NCBI RefSeq assembly: GCF_004010195.1
Contig: NW_025215358.1
Location: forward strand, 35,824-86,101
DNA length: 50,278 nt
Direction of reading: 5' to 3'
Origin: Chiloscyllium plagiosum
Lineage: Eukaryota
Part shown: piece after piece, positions 11,040-23,125 of the stretch
How the letters are laid out: the number at the start of each line of letters is the position of its first letter
Position numbering within the stretch: position 1 is the stretch's first letter
The notes under the pieces: generated by a model
The model's input: only the letters and a program-made list of their open reading frames with translations
What the model was told of the DNA's origin: nothing
The model's database searches: none
Position numbers and translations under genes: made by a program

Positions 11040-11425
11040 AGCTTCCCCCCTGCCTTTCAGCCTGGTGTGGCCTCAGCTTGGGCCTCCAGCCTCAAGGTGA
11101 TTCCAGAGCAGTGTCCCAGCCCCAGCAGCCTCCAGGTAAGGCCCAGCACTGTCTGGAGTCAAGGCCTAGCCTGGTCTGGAGGCTCGGTGCCAGCGTGGCC
11201 TTGGTGGGAAGGGCCATTATCCTGAACGCTTCATTTCTTTACTTTTCCAATGTATTCCTACGATCTGTAATGCTAGACTTTTTAAAAAAAATCTTTCTCA
11301 TTATTTTCCCTTTTAACTTAAGAGTCTATACCTAGGTACCTTAGTACCTGAAATGGCTCCGTAAGTGGCGACCTGTTAGCCTTTCAGTGTGAGTACGTGT
11401 GTCAGTGAAGCTAATTCCGATTATA
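11040..11425 (+). mobile_element. Unclassified non-coding retroelement 3' part; related tails near 33600-33745, 40500-40660 and (minus) 48030-48180
   Basis: Shared AAGATGG(C/T)GCC...TTTTCACTGT...GTACAC(A/G)TGACAATAAA-type tail among copies. Confidence 0.5.
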
Positions 11426-11959
11426 TTTCATCCCATTGCTGGGAGCTGTGCCTTCAGCTCTAAGCTGTAAGATTCCCCTTCCTGAACCTCTCTCTTCCTT
11501 CCTTGAAGACGGTTCCTTGTGAACGCACCTTTTGTCTACATGGCCTGCCCTTTGGTAGTTGGCACCTGCCCAGTCCAGCTCCTGTGAACTACCTTTGGGA
11601 CAGGTTCAGGCTGGGACGGGTGGTATTTGTGGACAGGAGGGTGCTACAATCGATCTTCTTCCCTTTGATCCCTCTGTCTACTTGGTTGACAGTGACAGAG
11701 GGATCGACCACTCTTGAGTCTGATCAAGCAGAGTGTCTTGTTTAATAAGGTATAGTTGATTGCATCTTGATAGTCAGGTTCAAGTGACCGTAGTCTATTG
11801 GACATTGTGACAATGATGACGACATGAGGAGACTTGTGAATTTCAGTCTGCACTCCACAAGACCATAAGGTTCTGCCTTATCCCCACCCAAACCTTATAG
11901 CAGCATCTGATTGGTTGGAGCTGAATTTGATCATGGCATTCACTGGGATAGCTTGGTGG

Positions 11960-12250
11960 CTAAGTGGTTAGCACTGCTACCTCACAGCACCAGGGACCCG
12001 GGTTTGATTCCACCCTCGGACGACTGTGTGGAGTTTGCATATTCTCTACGTGGGTTTCCTCCCGCAGTCCAAAGGTGTGCAGGTTAGATGGATTGGCTGT
12101 GCTAAATTGCCCATGGTGTTCAGGGATCTGCAGGCTGGATGGGTGAGCCACGGGGAATGCAGCACTACAGGGACAGATATGGGTTTGGGTGAGCTGACCT
12201 TCGAAGGGTCAGTGGGGACTTGGTGGGCTGAATGGCCTGCTCTCCACTAC
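11960..12250 (+). mobile_element. HE1-like SINE, diverged
   Basis: Head GTGGTTAGCACTGCT, V-domain and tail. Confidence 0.85.
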
Positions 12251-12761
12251 CCTATTGCCTTCCCTCCCGCCCCCATCAAAGTCTCTGACTTTCCAAATTG
12301 GAGTGGTCTGCAGGTTTCAGAACTTTTCCAGGATGCGTTCGAATTGGGCTTGGAATCTTGGTTGGGGTTTGGCCGGAGAGATGCTGGCTTTGATTTTGCT
12401 CTCCCTTGTACTCATTGTCGCCGTCATGATGCTCTTTGCTGAGCTCATCCCTATCAATCATGATAGTACTGTAGCGAGACGGGGTTTCCTGCAGATCCTC
12501 TGTACAGAATGTGTTGGCCCACTCTCTCTTTGAGTGACCGCACCATTCCCTAATCAACTCCCTCAACCCCCATCCTCATTGCCAGTTGGTCTATGTTTGG
12601 TATCCATCGTGCACCAAGTCTGTGGGTCACTTGCTGCTGCTCCCTCCTACATACAGGCCCCTGGGCACAACGTGGAATCGGCCTCTTTGCAAGGGGAAGG
12701 CATTGAGTCCTCTTACCGTTCGGTATTCCTGATGGCAATAAGGTAGACCAGTGGTTAAACA

Positions 12762-13385
12762 TGTTATTAACCAGGCCAGACCACCTCAATCCACTTCAAG
12801 AAAGTAGTCTGGACCCTAACTTGGCTAGTTGCTTTAAGCAGGTGTAAGTGGATATTCCAGGAGGGATGCAGCTGACCCAACCATTGAGTTTTAAACAAAA
12901 CAGAATTGATTTACAAGATTACTGAATGAAACTCAAACAGAACAGAATACAGAATAACTTAACCAATCTGAAAACCTAACAGATTACCCCAACTTAATGA
13001 TGCTGTTCCAAATACTTGCAGTAATCCCCATAAACACCCCTCAGCACAAAAGGTAAAACCCAACCCAGGTTGTGACAGCAGAGATGTCAGAGAGAGGGAG
13101 GGTCAGTGTGGATCTGCTTCTTTGGGTCCAGCAGCTTCACAACTGACTATTTGCTAAAACCAAACCAAACCAGAGTAAAGCTGAGCTGGGAGAACTGGCC
13201 ACTCCCCTTTCATTGTACAAGTGGGTTTTTTTAAAGCTTGAAAGCCTTTTTGCCTGAGGCAGTATCTGGTAGCTATAACCATAAAACCCTTCGAACCTAA
13301 ACCTTTTGGAATCGCTGCTTTAATGACCCCTCTGTAAAAGATGCCAAGGACAGCATAACCTTGTTAAAGGAGCAACATTGTCATA
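12762..13385. mobile_element. Probable solo LTR, second family
   Basis: TGTTAT start, GTCATA end, imperfect 4-bp flanking repeat AACA/GACA, LTR-like length and no coding capacity. Confidence 0.55.
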
Positions 13386-13519
13386 GACAAGGCTTTGTAA
13401 AAGGGAGCTAACTAACGCAGCACCATACTCCATTTCCCCATTTGGCAGTGGAGATGTAGGTGCTCCTGTTACTTCTTCACATCTCACGGCAGTTATGAAT
13501 TGGCCAAAAGTATCATAAG

Positions 13520-15056
13520 TACCTTGGGAGAGAAAAGAATGAGATTCTGAGGACAGAATATAGGAAGTTTGGCAGGAATTTAAAAAGGAGGTCCTCGAGG
13601 GTAATAATATCTGGATTACTCCCAGTGCTACGAGCTAGTGAGGGTAGGAATAGGAGGATAGAGTAGATGAATTCGTGGCTGAGGAACTGGTGCAGGGGAG
13701 AAGGGTTCACATTTTTTGATCATTTGAGTCTCCTCTGGGGTAGAAGTGACCTGTACAAGAAGGACGGATTGCACCGAAATTGGAAGGGGACTAATATACT
13801 GGCAGCTGAAAATGTGTTGCTGGAAAAGCGCAGCAGGTCAGGCAGCATCCAAGGAACAGGAGACGTTTCGGGCATAAGCCCTTCTTCAGGGGACTAATAT
13901 ACTGGCAGGGAAATTTGCTAGAACTGCTTGGGAGGATTTAAACTAGTAAGGTGGTGGGGGGGGGAACCCAGGGAGATAGTGAGGAAAGAGATCAATCTGA
14001 GACTGGGACAGTTGAGAACAGAAACGAGTCAAACAGTCAGGGCAGGCAGGGACAAGGTAGGACTAATAAATTAAACTGAATTTATTTCAATGCAAGGGGC
14101 CGAACAGGGAAGGCAGATGAACTCAGGGCATGGTTAGGAACATGGGACTGGGATATCATAGCAATTACAGAAACATGGCTCAGGGATGGACAGGACTGGC
14201 AGCTTAATGTTTTATTGGAATTGTATTATAGACCCCCAAATAGTCAGAGGGAAAATGAGAAACAAACTTTTAAGGAGATCTCAGCTATCTGTAAGAATAA
14301 TAGGGTAGTTATGGTAGGGGATTTTAACTTTCCAAACATCGACTGGGACTGCCATAGTGTTAAAGGTTTAGATGGAGAGGAATTTCTTAAGTGTGTACAA
14401 GACAATTTTCTGATTCAGTATGTGGATGTACCTACTAGAGAAGGTGCAAAACTTGACCTACTCTTGGGAAATAAGGCAGGGCAGGTGACTGAGGTGTCAG
14501 TGGGGGAGCACTTTGGGGCCAGCGACCATAATTCTATTAGATTTAAAATAGTGATGGAAAAGGATAGACCAGATCTAAAAGTTGAAGTTCTAAATTTGAG
14601 GAAGGCTAATTAAGAGGGAAATCAGGAGGGCAAAAAGGGGACATGAGATAGCTTTGGCAAATAGGGTTAAGGAGAATCCAAAGGGTGTTTACAAATACAT
14701 TAAGGACAAAAGGGTAACTAGGGAGAGAATAGGGCACCTCAAAGATCAGCAAGGCGGCCTTTGTGTGGAGCTACAGAAAATGGGGGAGATATTAAATGAG
14801 TATTTTGCGTCAGTGTTTACTGTGAAAAAGGACATAGAAGACACAGAATGTGGGGAAATAAACGGTGACAACTTGCAAAATGTCCATATTACAGAGGAGG
14901 AGGTGCTGGATGTCTTAAAATGCATAAAAGTGGATAAATCCCTCGGACCTGATCAGGTGTACCCTCGAGCTCCGTGGGAAGTTAGAGAAGTGATTGCTGG
15001 GCCTCATGCTGAGATATTTGTACCATTGATAATCACAGGTGAGGTGCTGGAAGACC
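13520..15056 (+). mobile_element. CR1 LINE fragment (ORF1 end, endonuclease, pre-RT region) with internal deletions
   Basis: NSWLRNWCRGEGF..DLYKKDGLH; YYRPPNS, VMVGDFNFPNIDW, SDHN; ILNEYFASVFT, GPDQVYPR. Confidence 0.93.
13806..13887 (-). mobile_element. 82-bp Penelope terminal-repeat piece inserted in CR1 between 21-bp direct repeats
   Basis: AGGGGACTAATATACTGGCAG at 13785-13805 and 13888-13908; insert matches the hammerhead-bearing repeat. Confidence 0.88.
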
Positions 15057-16859
15057 AGTCTCACCAACAAATTCCTTATCATTTCTTGTCATGCTGAAAA
15101 GTGTCACCTTGGCAAGCATTTGTAGCTTCCAATGTGATCACGATGAACCCTGGGGTCTGATTGTTCGTGTAGTCGCTCAAAGGAAGACAGCTGGGGCCTT
15201 TTCCAACTTCCCGTGACATTTCACTCCACACATGGCTGAGACATTATGGGCCACATCCCACCAACTGCCATTCTCTGTCAACACTTCAGAATAAACGTGT
15301 CCTTTTTGCCTCCAATCCCGTGATTTCTATCCACTAGAAGGTCAAAGACATGAACAGGGGTGTCAAGGGGGGAGGCAGGAATTAGATTTAAGGCCAATCC
15401 TGTTTCACGTCTTGCGATTGGTCTGTCGATATACCTTAAAGAGACATGTTCTTGATCCCGTCAATGTATCATAACATATGTCCTGAGAGAATAAAGGTCT
15501 CATACTCCATCCTAGCTGTAATAAATGTCTTCTGGATACTTCAATACCACAGTATCCACATCCAGTGTCTAACTTTGCAAGGGATAACAGAAACATTGTA
15601 AAGTACCCATTAGAGGTAAAATCACATTAACCTATGACCTTATTAAATGGAAGAGGGAAGTTAAAATGGCTCCAAATTTGTACGTTCATATGTAAAGGCA
15701 AGTTTCCCTCCAAGCCACTCATCATTCTGACTTGGAAATATATCGCTGTTCCTTCAGTGTCTCTGGGTCAAAATCCTGGAATTCTGTTTCTGGGGGCATT
15801 GTGGGTCCACCCATATTGCACTGAGTGGAGCGGTTCAAGGAGTGGCTCACCATCACCTTCTCAAGGGGGCAACTTGTGATGGGCAATAAACACTGTTTTT
15901 TGTTAATGACACTTATACTTGTAAGAATTCATTTTTGACAGTTGTGCCATCTGTTGTCATGGTTACCTACAATAAGCGTCTGGGTTTTGAAGACAGCTCG
16001 TTCCATACAAGTGAAAGCTCCAGTGACAATGAATCTTTCGCATTGCGGGACACGCTGGAGGTAACTGGCACTTCCAGCCTGTGGCGAACCATCTGTGTCG
16101 ACACTGGGGTTCACAAAGCAGAACGTCCTCTTGCAAAGGTGGCTTCAGCTAACAGACCATTGAGCTGCCATTGGTGCCAAGGGTCCCCTCTAGTGCAAGG
16201 CATTGTGGGATAGAGGTGCCCTGCAAGGCATCATGGTACCTTATATTCACTTTGTGGCCTATGCTGGGAATGCACATCATGTTCCACAGAATCTGAGTAT
16301 CTTACTTACTGACTCTTATCCTGACAACTACCATGGTGTTTCTTTACAAACACAGGTAACATTGGCCATGTTACTGCCAGGAAGACTGGGCCGATTTGTT
16401 GTGGGAAATGAGGATTGACCCTGAGGAGCCCAGCACCCCTTTGTGTATTGTTCCCCAGACCTCACTTCCCACCAATAGGGGATGGGCACCACCCAGATTA
16501 GGCTCACTCAGAGAAATTATGCAAATGTTTGTGTTGACTGGTCTCTTCCAGGGGGACATTAGTGCCACATTTGAGACTCTGACGGAAACACACGTGCGAA
16601 CACGCACTGACTAATGCCATCATGGTCTTGACCTAAGACAAGAACCAAGTGGAAGGTTGGCTGTTGGGTTTACCCACCAGGCCCCTTGCTGCAATGTTCC
16701 CTTGTTCCTCTGGGCACATGGATGTGACAGTCCAGGAATATAGGTTCAGCCAATCCCTACTGAGAATATTGGAGGGTGGATGTCTTAATGTGCTGTAGCT
16801 GTCTGGGTGGGCCCACACGCAAAGTGGCAAAGTGTGTTTGGGTCAATATGCTTTAACAT

Positions 16860-17650
16860 AGTAAATAGTACATGTGGGTGCTCTGGGTGAATGTGTAAAA
16901 ATGGATGGTGTAAGTGTGTGTAAGTGATTGGTGAGTGTGTAAATAGATGTTGAGAGTGTGTAAATGTAAAGTGTGAGTGTAAATGATTGGTGTGTGTGTA
17001 AATGATTGGTGAGTGGGTAAATGGAATTTGAGAGTGTGTAAATGGAAGGTGTGAGTGCGTAACTGAATGGCGTGAGAGGGAAAATGATTGGTGTGAGTGT
17101 GTACATAGATGAGGATGTATACATGGATGATGTGAGTGTGTAAGTAACTGGTGTGTGTCTGTGTGTGTGTCTGTGTGTATGTCTGTGTGTGTATGTCTGT
17201 GTCTGTCGGTGTGTGTGTGACTGTGTGTGTCTGTGTGTATGTCTGTGTGTATGTCTGTGTGTATGTCTAGGCAACAGCGCTATATATATATAGTGCAATG
17301 GTGGTCACCTGAAGTGTGACATGAACCCAAGTCCCGGTTGAAGCCCTCCCTATGGGTACGGAACTTAACTGTCAACCTCTGCTCAGCCACTTTTCGCTGC
17401 TGCCTGTCCCGAAATCTGCCTTGGAGGATAGTCACCCAAAGATCCGAGGTCAAATGACCTGGACCGCTGAAGTGTTTCCCAACTGGGAGCGAACACTCCT
17501 GCCTGTTGACTGTTGTGCGCTGCCCATTCATCCGTTGCTGTAGCCTTTGCTCGGTTTTCCCAATGTACCATGCCTCAGGGCATCCTTGCCTGCAATGTAT
17601 AAGATAGACAACATTGGCTGAGTCACATGAGTACCTGCCACGTACAAAGT
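16860..17650 (-). mobile_element. Penelope-like element 3' fragment: GIY-YIG endonuclease (17300-17650) and adjacent TG-rich low-complexity tract
   Basis: YSCDSANVVYLIHCRQGCPEAWYIGKTEQRLQQRMNG...VGKHF...GFNRD, Penelope GIY-YIG signature. Confidence 0.85.
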
Positions 17651-18308
17651 CGGTAGGAAAATAGTTGATTTTGAGATTTAGCAGCACAGCAATAGGCCTT
17701 CTTGTTTCCATTTAATTGGAGCTTCATTTATTTCCATTCAAGAGAGATAGACTTTTTGTTTTACTTGCAGCTCAGGGATGACTATGAATTTTCACAACAC
17801 ATAGCTTTGCCCACTAACACACACAGACCAGAGTTGAGCTTTGCTTTTTACCTTGTTCTTGTGTATTTTTGAAAACAGTAAACACAAACATGCCTCTTGT
17901 CAGACTGTCCTCTTTTGTGTGTGTGTGTATGTGTGTGTGTGTATGTGTATGTATATGTGTGTGTATGTGTGTATGTATGTGTGTGTGTGTGTATGTGCGC
18001 GCTGAGTGTTGTGATGATCCCTGACTGAGCAGAGGGGCCTGGAACATCATGGGGCCGGGCCGGGGGGTGGGGGAGGGATCATGAGCTGAGAACAGGATCA
18101 GTGTCACTGTGATCCTGGGAAATCTGAGGGATCTGATCATCTGAGCAGCACTGGAAACAACCACCAGTGGGAACCACAGCACTTCCCCTCCCCCCAACAT
18201 GTCTCACGGAATATGAAGGTGGGGATAGGAGAAAGTGTGGGATCCAGCATCACTCTGTTTCCTGGCGACGACCCATGTTCTCACACTCTGTGTAAATGAG
18301 AGGCTCCG

Positions 18309-18322
18309 GTTGCCATGGAAAC
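18309..18322. promoter_or_regulatory. RFX X-box-like palindromic motif GTTGCCATGGAAAC
   Basis: One mismatch from the palindrome GTTGCCATGGCAAC, in apparently unique sequence; function unproven. Confidence 0.4.
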
Positions 18323-18576
18323 ACGAGGTTGCAGGTTCACATTGTGCGTCTGTAACGGTGGGGTTTGACTCAGAATTGAGATGTGAAGGAGAAGGTTCTG
18401 GAATGAGCGTGGATCCTACAGATTCCTCTCATCGACCTGACCCAGGAGAATGTGCCAAATGGGCTCCATGCAGATGGAGTGGGCACGCATTTGGGTTTGG
18501 GTGCGGTGCCAGGGTCCTGAGATTGAGAGCCGGACCTTGCCAGTCTATTACTGAATGAGATACAACAGATTAAACC

Positions 18577-18867
18577 GCCTTCCTAACCTGCAATCTTCTT
18601 CCTGACCTCTCCGCCCCCACCCCCACTCCGGCCTATCACCCTCACCTTGACCTCCCTCCACCTGTCGCAATTCCAACGCCCTTCTCCCAAGTCCCTCCTC
18701 CCTACCTTTTATCTTAGCCTGCTGGACACACTCTCCTCATTCCTGAAGAAGGGCTCATGCCCGAAACGTCGATTCTCCTGTTCCCTGGATGCTGCCTGAC
18801 CTGCTGCGCTTTTCCAGCAACACATTTTCAGCTCTGATCTCCAGCATCTGCAGACCTCACTTTCTCC
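18577..18867 (+). mobile_element. 291-bp non-coding Penelope-derived insert with 16-bp TSD
   Basis: TACAACAGATTAAACC at 18561-18576 and 18868-18883. Confidence 0.9.
18739..18774 (+). ncRNA. Minimal type I hammerhead ribozyme motif
   Basis: ATTC-CTGAAGA-A-GGGC-TCAT-GCCC-GAAA-CGTC-GATT: CUGANGA core, perfect helix II, GAAA, palindromic ACGU in place of helix III, predicted cleavage after C18770. Confidence 0.7.
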
Positions 18868-19304
18868 TACAACAGATTAAACCATCACACAATTCGCAAA
18901 AACCTACTCACAGATGAGAAATTTCCCTGTGAATGTGCCGAGTGCAAGTTCTATCAGGGAACACTTGATTTCAGCAAATGTGTCAGGGGAAACATATTTC
19001 TGGGCTTACTACTGACAATAAGTCAGATCCAGCAACTCAGACACCAAAACTAACAATTATTTTTACTCAAATCTGGTGAAAATGATAATTCTTTCAGAGA
19101 TCTCCCAACATTTTATTTTAAATGCTATGATGTGACAATCTGGAGAGTGTGGCTCACTTTAACTCAGTCATAATGCGCACAGAATTTGTTCATGCGAGGG
19201 CGGGACTCAGTATGTGACTGCTGTGATTGCTCAGAACAGCAGCTCCAGGGACATGTGTTGTTCCGACTGAGAAGTCGCGGTGTGGAGGAGTTCAGATATT
19301 TGGG

Positions 19305-20582
19305 ATACTGTGGCGAATAACTCACTTCCTGACTCCCCAGAGCCTGCCCACCATCTACAAGGCACAGGTCAGGAGTGTGATGGAATACTTGAGCAAGTTA
19401 CAGACAATTACAGACAACAGAACGAAAGTGTTCCGCCACACTGAAGCGATCAAGTCAATATGTGCACAAACCAGTACCAGTACAAAACAGTCCCAACTTT
19501 ATTAGGAGCAAAGTTACAATCAGCTTTAATACTAAACTAAGCTAATCTGTAACACTATTTGAACCCTTAAGGTTACAATACGTCTCTTGCAGATTTACAC
19601 AGTTGCACACTCTCTGTCGCTCTGTCTCTGGGTCTGCAAACCTGTTTCTCTCTCTCACTCTCTGAATGGTCAGCTAGTCTCTGCCTCTTACCATGATGGT
19701 CTCCTCAGAAGGCGACCATTCGAAGAGAGAGGTCTGCAGGTGAACCCTGTTTTTATACCGTTTCAGATAGTTTTCTGGAACTTTCTAGACTTCAGACTAA
19801 TCAGGGAGATACAGTTATTGTTTGAAACAAGAGTCAATCATTTGGATGGCTTGTTCCTGTTAGTTTCTTTGTGTAGCAGGACCCGGTGCTTTTCTGAACA
19901 GACCGTCTTTTATTTAGTGGGTAAGTTGTTGGGGATAGTTTGACCAGGATAACTGTTGCCTTTTACATTATGCTAATGTCATTAGCATCTGGCTGCTGTG
20001 TTTGCACTGTGTCTGGTGTGTGGGTTTTGTGATTTCGGAGTTTTACTTGACCAATGTACCCAGCATCCCTTGCAGTTTGGCCAAGTTAGCCATCTACCTG
20101 TGTTTTAGCAGCGAGGAGGCTGCTACACTCCCCATTTGTCTGGATGGACTCAGCCCCATTAACATTCAAGAAGCTCGACGCCATCCAGGACAAAGCAGCC
20201 CATTTGATTGGCACCACATCCACAAACATCCACACCCTCTATCACTGATGCTCAGTAGCAGCAGTGCATAATGTCTACAAGATCCTTAGATAAAACCTTC
20301 CAAAGCCAGGACCAGTTCCAACTAGAAGGACAAGGCCAGCAGGTACATGGGAACACCATCACCTGCAAGTTCCCATCTGAGTCACTCACCATCCTGCCTT
20401 GGAAATCTATCTCTGTTCCTTCACTGTCGCTGGGTCCAAATCCCAGAATTCCCTCCCCAAGGGCATTGTGGGACATCTTTCAGCACATGGACTGCAGTGG
20501 TTCAGGAAGGCAGCTCAGCACCAGCTTCTCAAGGGCAATTAGGGGCGGGCAAAAGCCCATATCCCATGAATGAACTGAAAAA
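19305..20582 (+). mobile_element. Old CR1/L2-group LINE 3' region interrupted by a solo LTR
   Basis: HFLTPQSLPTIYKAQVRSVMEY before the LTR and KLDAIQDKAAHLIG after it; 3' tail shared with 15690-15925 and 26140-26520. Confidence 0.75.
19390..20127 (-). mobile_element. Solo LTR, inverted homolog of 6921-7554
   Basis: CCAGCATCCCTTGCAGTTTGGCCAAGTTA, CCTGTTTTTATAC and AGTCCCAACTTTATTAGGA mirror the first copy. Confidence 0.82.
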
Positions 20583-20874
20583 AACCCGTGTAGTCCTACC
20601 TGACCCTGAGGATATGAGGGAGATCAGTTGAGTTGCCTCAGTCTTTTCTCAGTTTTCATGTCACATCAGAAACGTAAGCAGCTCTGGGTTTAACTAACAC
20701 CTGAATCTGATCTCAATCTCATTCAAAAGTTTAATTCCTGGGAAGAAGCCTACAGTTCACCCATGAAGTGAACTCATTCTTGATTTATTTGTTGTGACTA
20801 TGGGTTGAGGTCCTGGGATATTTACAGGTGCTTTTAGCTCTGAATTCAAAAATATATCTTCGTTTTAAAAGAGG

Positions 20875-22207
20875 TCTGGCCCGATCAGGTGTACCCTAGA
20901 ACTCTGGGAAGCTAGAGAAGTGATTGCTGGGCCTCTTGCTGAGATATTTGTATCATCGATAGTCACAGGTGAGGTGCCGGAAGACTGGAGGTTGGCAAAC
21001 GTGGTGCCACTGTTTAAGAAGGGCAGTAAAGACAAACCTGGGAACTATAGACTAGTGAGCCTGATCTCAGTGGTGGGCAAGTTGTTGGAGGGAATCGTGA
21101 GGGACAGGATGTACATGAATTTGGAAAGGCAAGGACTGATTCGGGACAGTCAACATGGCTTTGTGCGTGGGAAATCATGTCTCACAAACTTGATTGAGTT
21201 TTTTGAAGAAGTAACAAAGAGGATTGATGAGGGCAGAGCAGTAGACGTGATCGATATGGACTTCAGTAAGGCGTTCGACAAGGTTCCCCATNNNNNNNNN
21301 NNNNNNNNNNNNNNNNNNNNNNNNNNNNNNNNNNNNNNNNNNNNNNNNNNNNNNNNNNNNNNNNNNNNNNNNNNNNNNNNNNNNNNNNNNNNNNNNNNNN
21401 NNNNNNNNNNNNNNNNNNNNNNNNNNNNNNNNNNNNNNNNNNNNNNNNNNNNNNNNNNNNNNNNNNNNNNNNNNNNNNNNNNNNNNNNNNNNNNNNNNNN
21501 NNNNNNNNNNNNNNNNNNNNNNNNNNNNNNNNNNNNNNNNNNNNNNNNNNNNNNNNNNNNNNNNNNNNNNNNNNNNNNNNNNNNNNNNNNNNNNNNNNNN
21601 NNNNNNNNNNNNNNNNNNNNNNNNNNNNNNNNNNNNNNNNNNNNNNNNNNNNNNNNNNNNNNNNNNNNNNNNNNNNNNNNNNNNNNNNNNNNNNNNNNNN
21701 NNNNNNNNNNNNNNNNNNNNNNNNNNNNNNNNNNNNNNNNNNNNNNNNNNNNNNNNNNNNNNNNNNNNNNNNNNNNNNNNNNNNNNNNNNNNNNNNNNNN
21801 NNNNNNNNNNNNNNNNNNNNNNNNNNNNNNNNNNNNNNNNNNNNNNNNNNNNNNNNNNNNNNNNNNNNNNNNNNNNNNNNNNNNNNNNNNNNNNNNNNNN
21901 NNNNNNNNNNNNNNNNNNNNNNNNNNNNNNNNNNNNNNNAGTCCAGAACTAGAGGGCATAGGTTTAGGGTGAGAGGGGAAAGATATAAAAGAGACCTAAG
22001 GGGCAACTTTTTCACGCAGAGGGTGGTACGTGTATGGAATGAGCTGCCAGAGGATGTGGTGGAGGCTGGTATAATTGCAGCATTTAAGAGGCATTTGGAT
22101 GGGTATATGAATAGGAAGGGTTTGGAGGGATATGGGCCGGGTGCTGGCAGGTGGGACAAGGTTGGGTTGGGATATCTGGTGAGCATGGACGGGTTGACTC
22201 TATGACT
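20875..22207 (+). mobile_element. Young CR1 LINE, RT region to 3' UTR, spanning N gap 21292-21939
   Basis: VPEDWRLANVVPLFKKG..PGNYR..SQHGF..GKSCLTNL..DFSKAFDKVPH; FFTQRVVRVWNELP. Confidence 0.95.
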
Positions 22208-22339
22208 GCTACAGAGACTAAATGACAGTACGTGTAAATTCAGTCACTGCCTGGCAAATAGTTTAGTTGAGATCCATGGGATATATATACTTGGATAAGT
22301 AAAAGATGGTAAAGAAACTTCAAGTGGATTGGACTATGA

Positions 22340-22996
22340 TCTCTCATGACTACAAAGATAAGATACTGTCACATGTACCGAGATGCAGTGCCAAGTATTG
22401 TTTTGCCTGCAAAGCAGACAAATCATACCTTACATGAGCACATCAGGGTAATGGAACAGAGTGCAGAATATAGTGCTACAGCTACAGAGAAGGTGCAGAT
22501 AAATATCGACTCTAATATATGACATGTCCATTCACAAGTCATTAACATCAGGGAGGGAGCTGGTCTTGAACGTGGTGGTATGTGTTTTCAAACTTTTGTA
22601 CCTTCTGGCCAAGAGGGTGGGAGAGAGTATAACCAGGGTGGGAGGGGTCTTTGATTGTGTTGGCTGTTTTCCTGAGGCAGTGGGAAGGGTAGGCGGAGTC
22701 ATTGGAAGGAAGGCTGGTTTGTATGTTCACAATACTCTGTAATTTCTCACAGACTTGTTGTCATAGATGCATCCGGATAGGATGTTTTAAATGGCAGAAC
22801 TGTAGGAATTGGTAAGGGTCATTGTGGATGTGCTGAATTTCCCTAGCCTTCTGAGGATGTAGAGGCGTTGGTGTGCTTTCTTGACCATGGCGTTGATGTG
22901 GATGGACGAGGACAGATTGTTGGTGATTTTTATTTCAAGGAAACTGAAGCTGTCAAGCACCTCCACCTCAGCACCATTGATACAGAGCTATCTCCT
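22340..22996 (-). mobile_element. Rex1/Babar-like LINE 3' fragment
   Basis: CLRKTANTIKDPSHPGYTL on minus strand is a characteristic Rex/Babar C-terminal motif. Confidence 0.7.
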
Positions 22997-23125
22997 CGCT
23001 GTGAGGCAGCAGTGCTAACCACTGCGCCACCATGCCGCCCACGAATTGTTGGTGATTTTTATTTCAAGGAAACTGAAGCTGTCAAGCACCTCCACCTCAG
23101 CACCATTGATACAGAGCTATCTCCT
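22916..23125. repeat. Two identical 81-bp direct repeats flanking a 48-bp inverted SINE head
   Basis: 22916-22996 equals 23045-23125; spacer CGCTGTGAGGCAGCAGTGCTAACCACTGCGCCACC is the reverse complement of the HE1 5' end. Confidence 0.92.

Noticed and set aside
12255..12740. Possible Gypsy integrase C-terminal relic on minus strand (RTHPGKVLKPADHSNL then purine tract)
   Set aside because: Only a loose motif resemblance; no adjacent matching LTR established.
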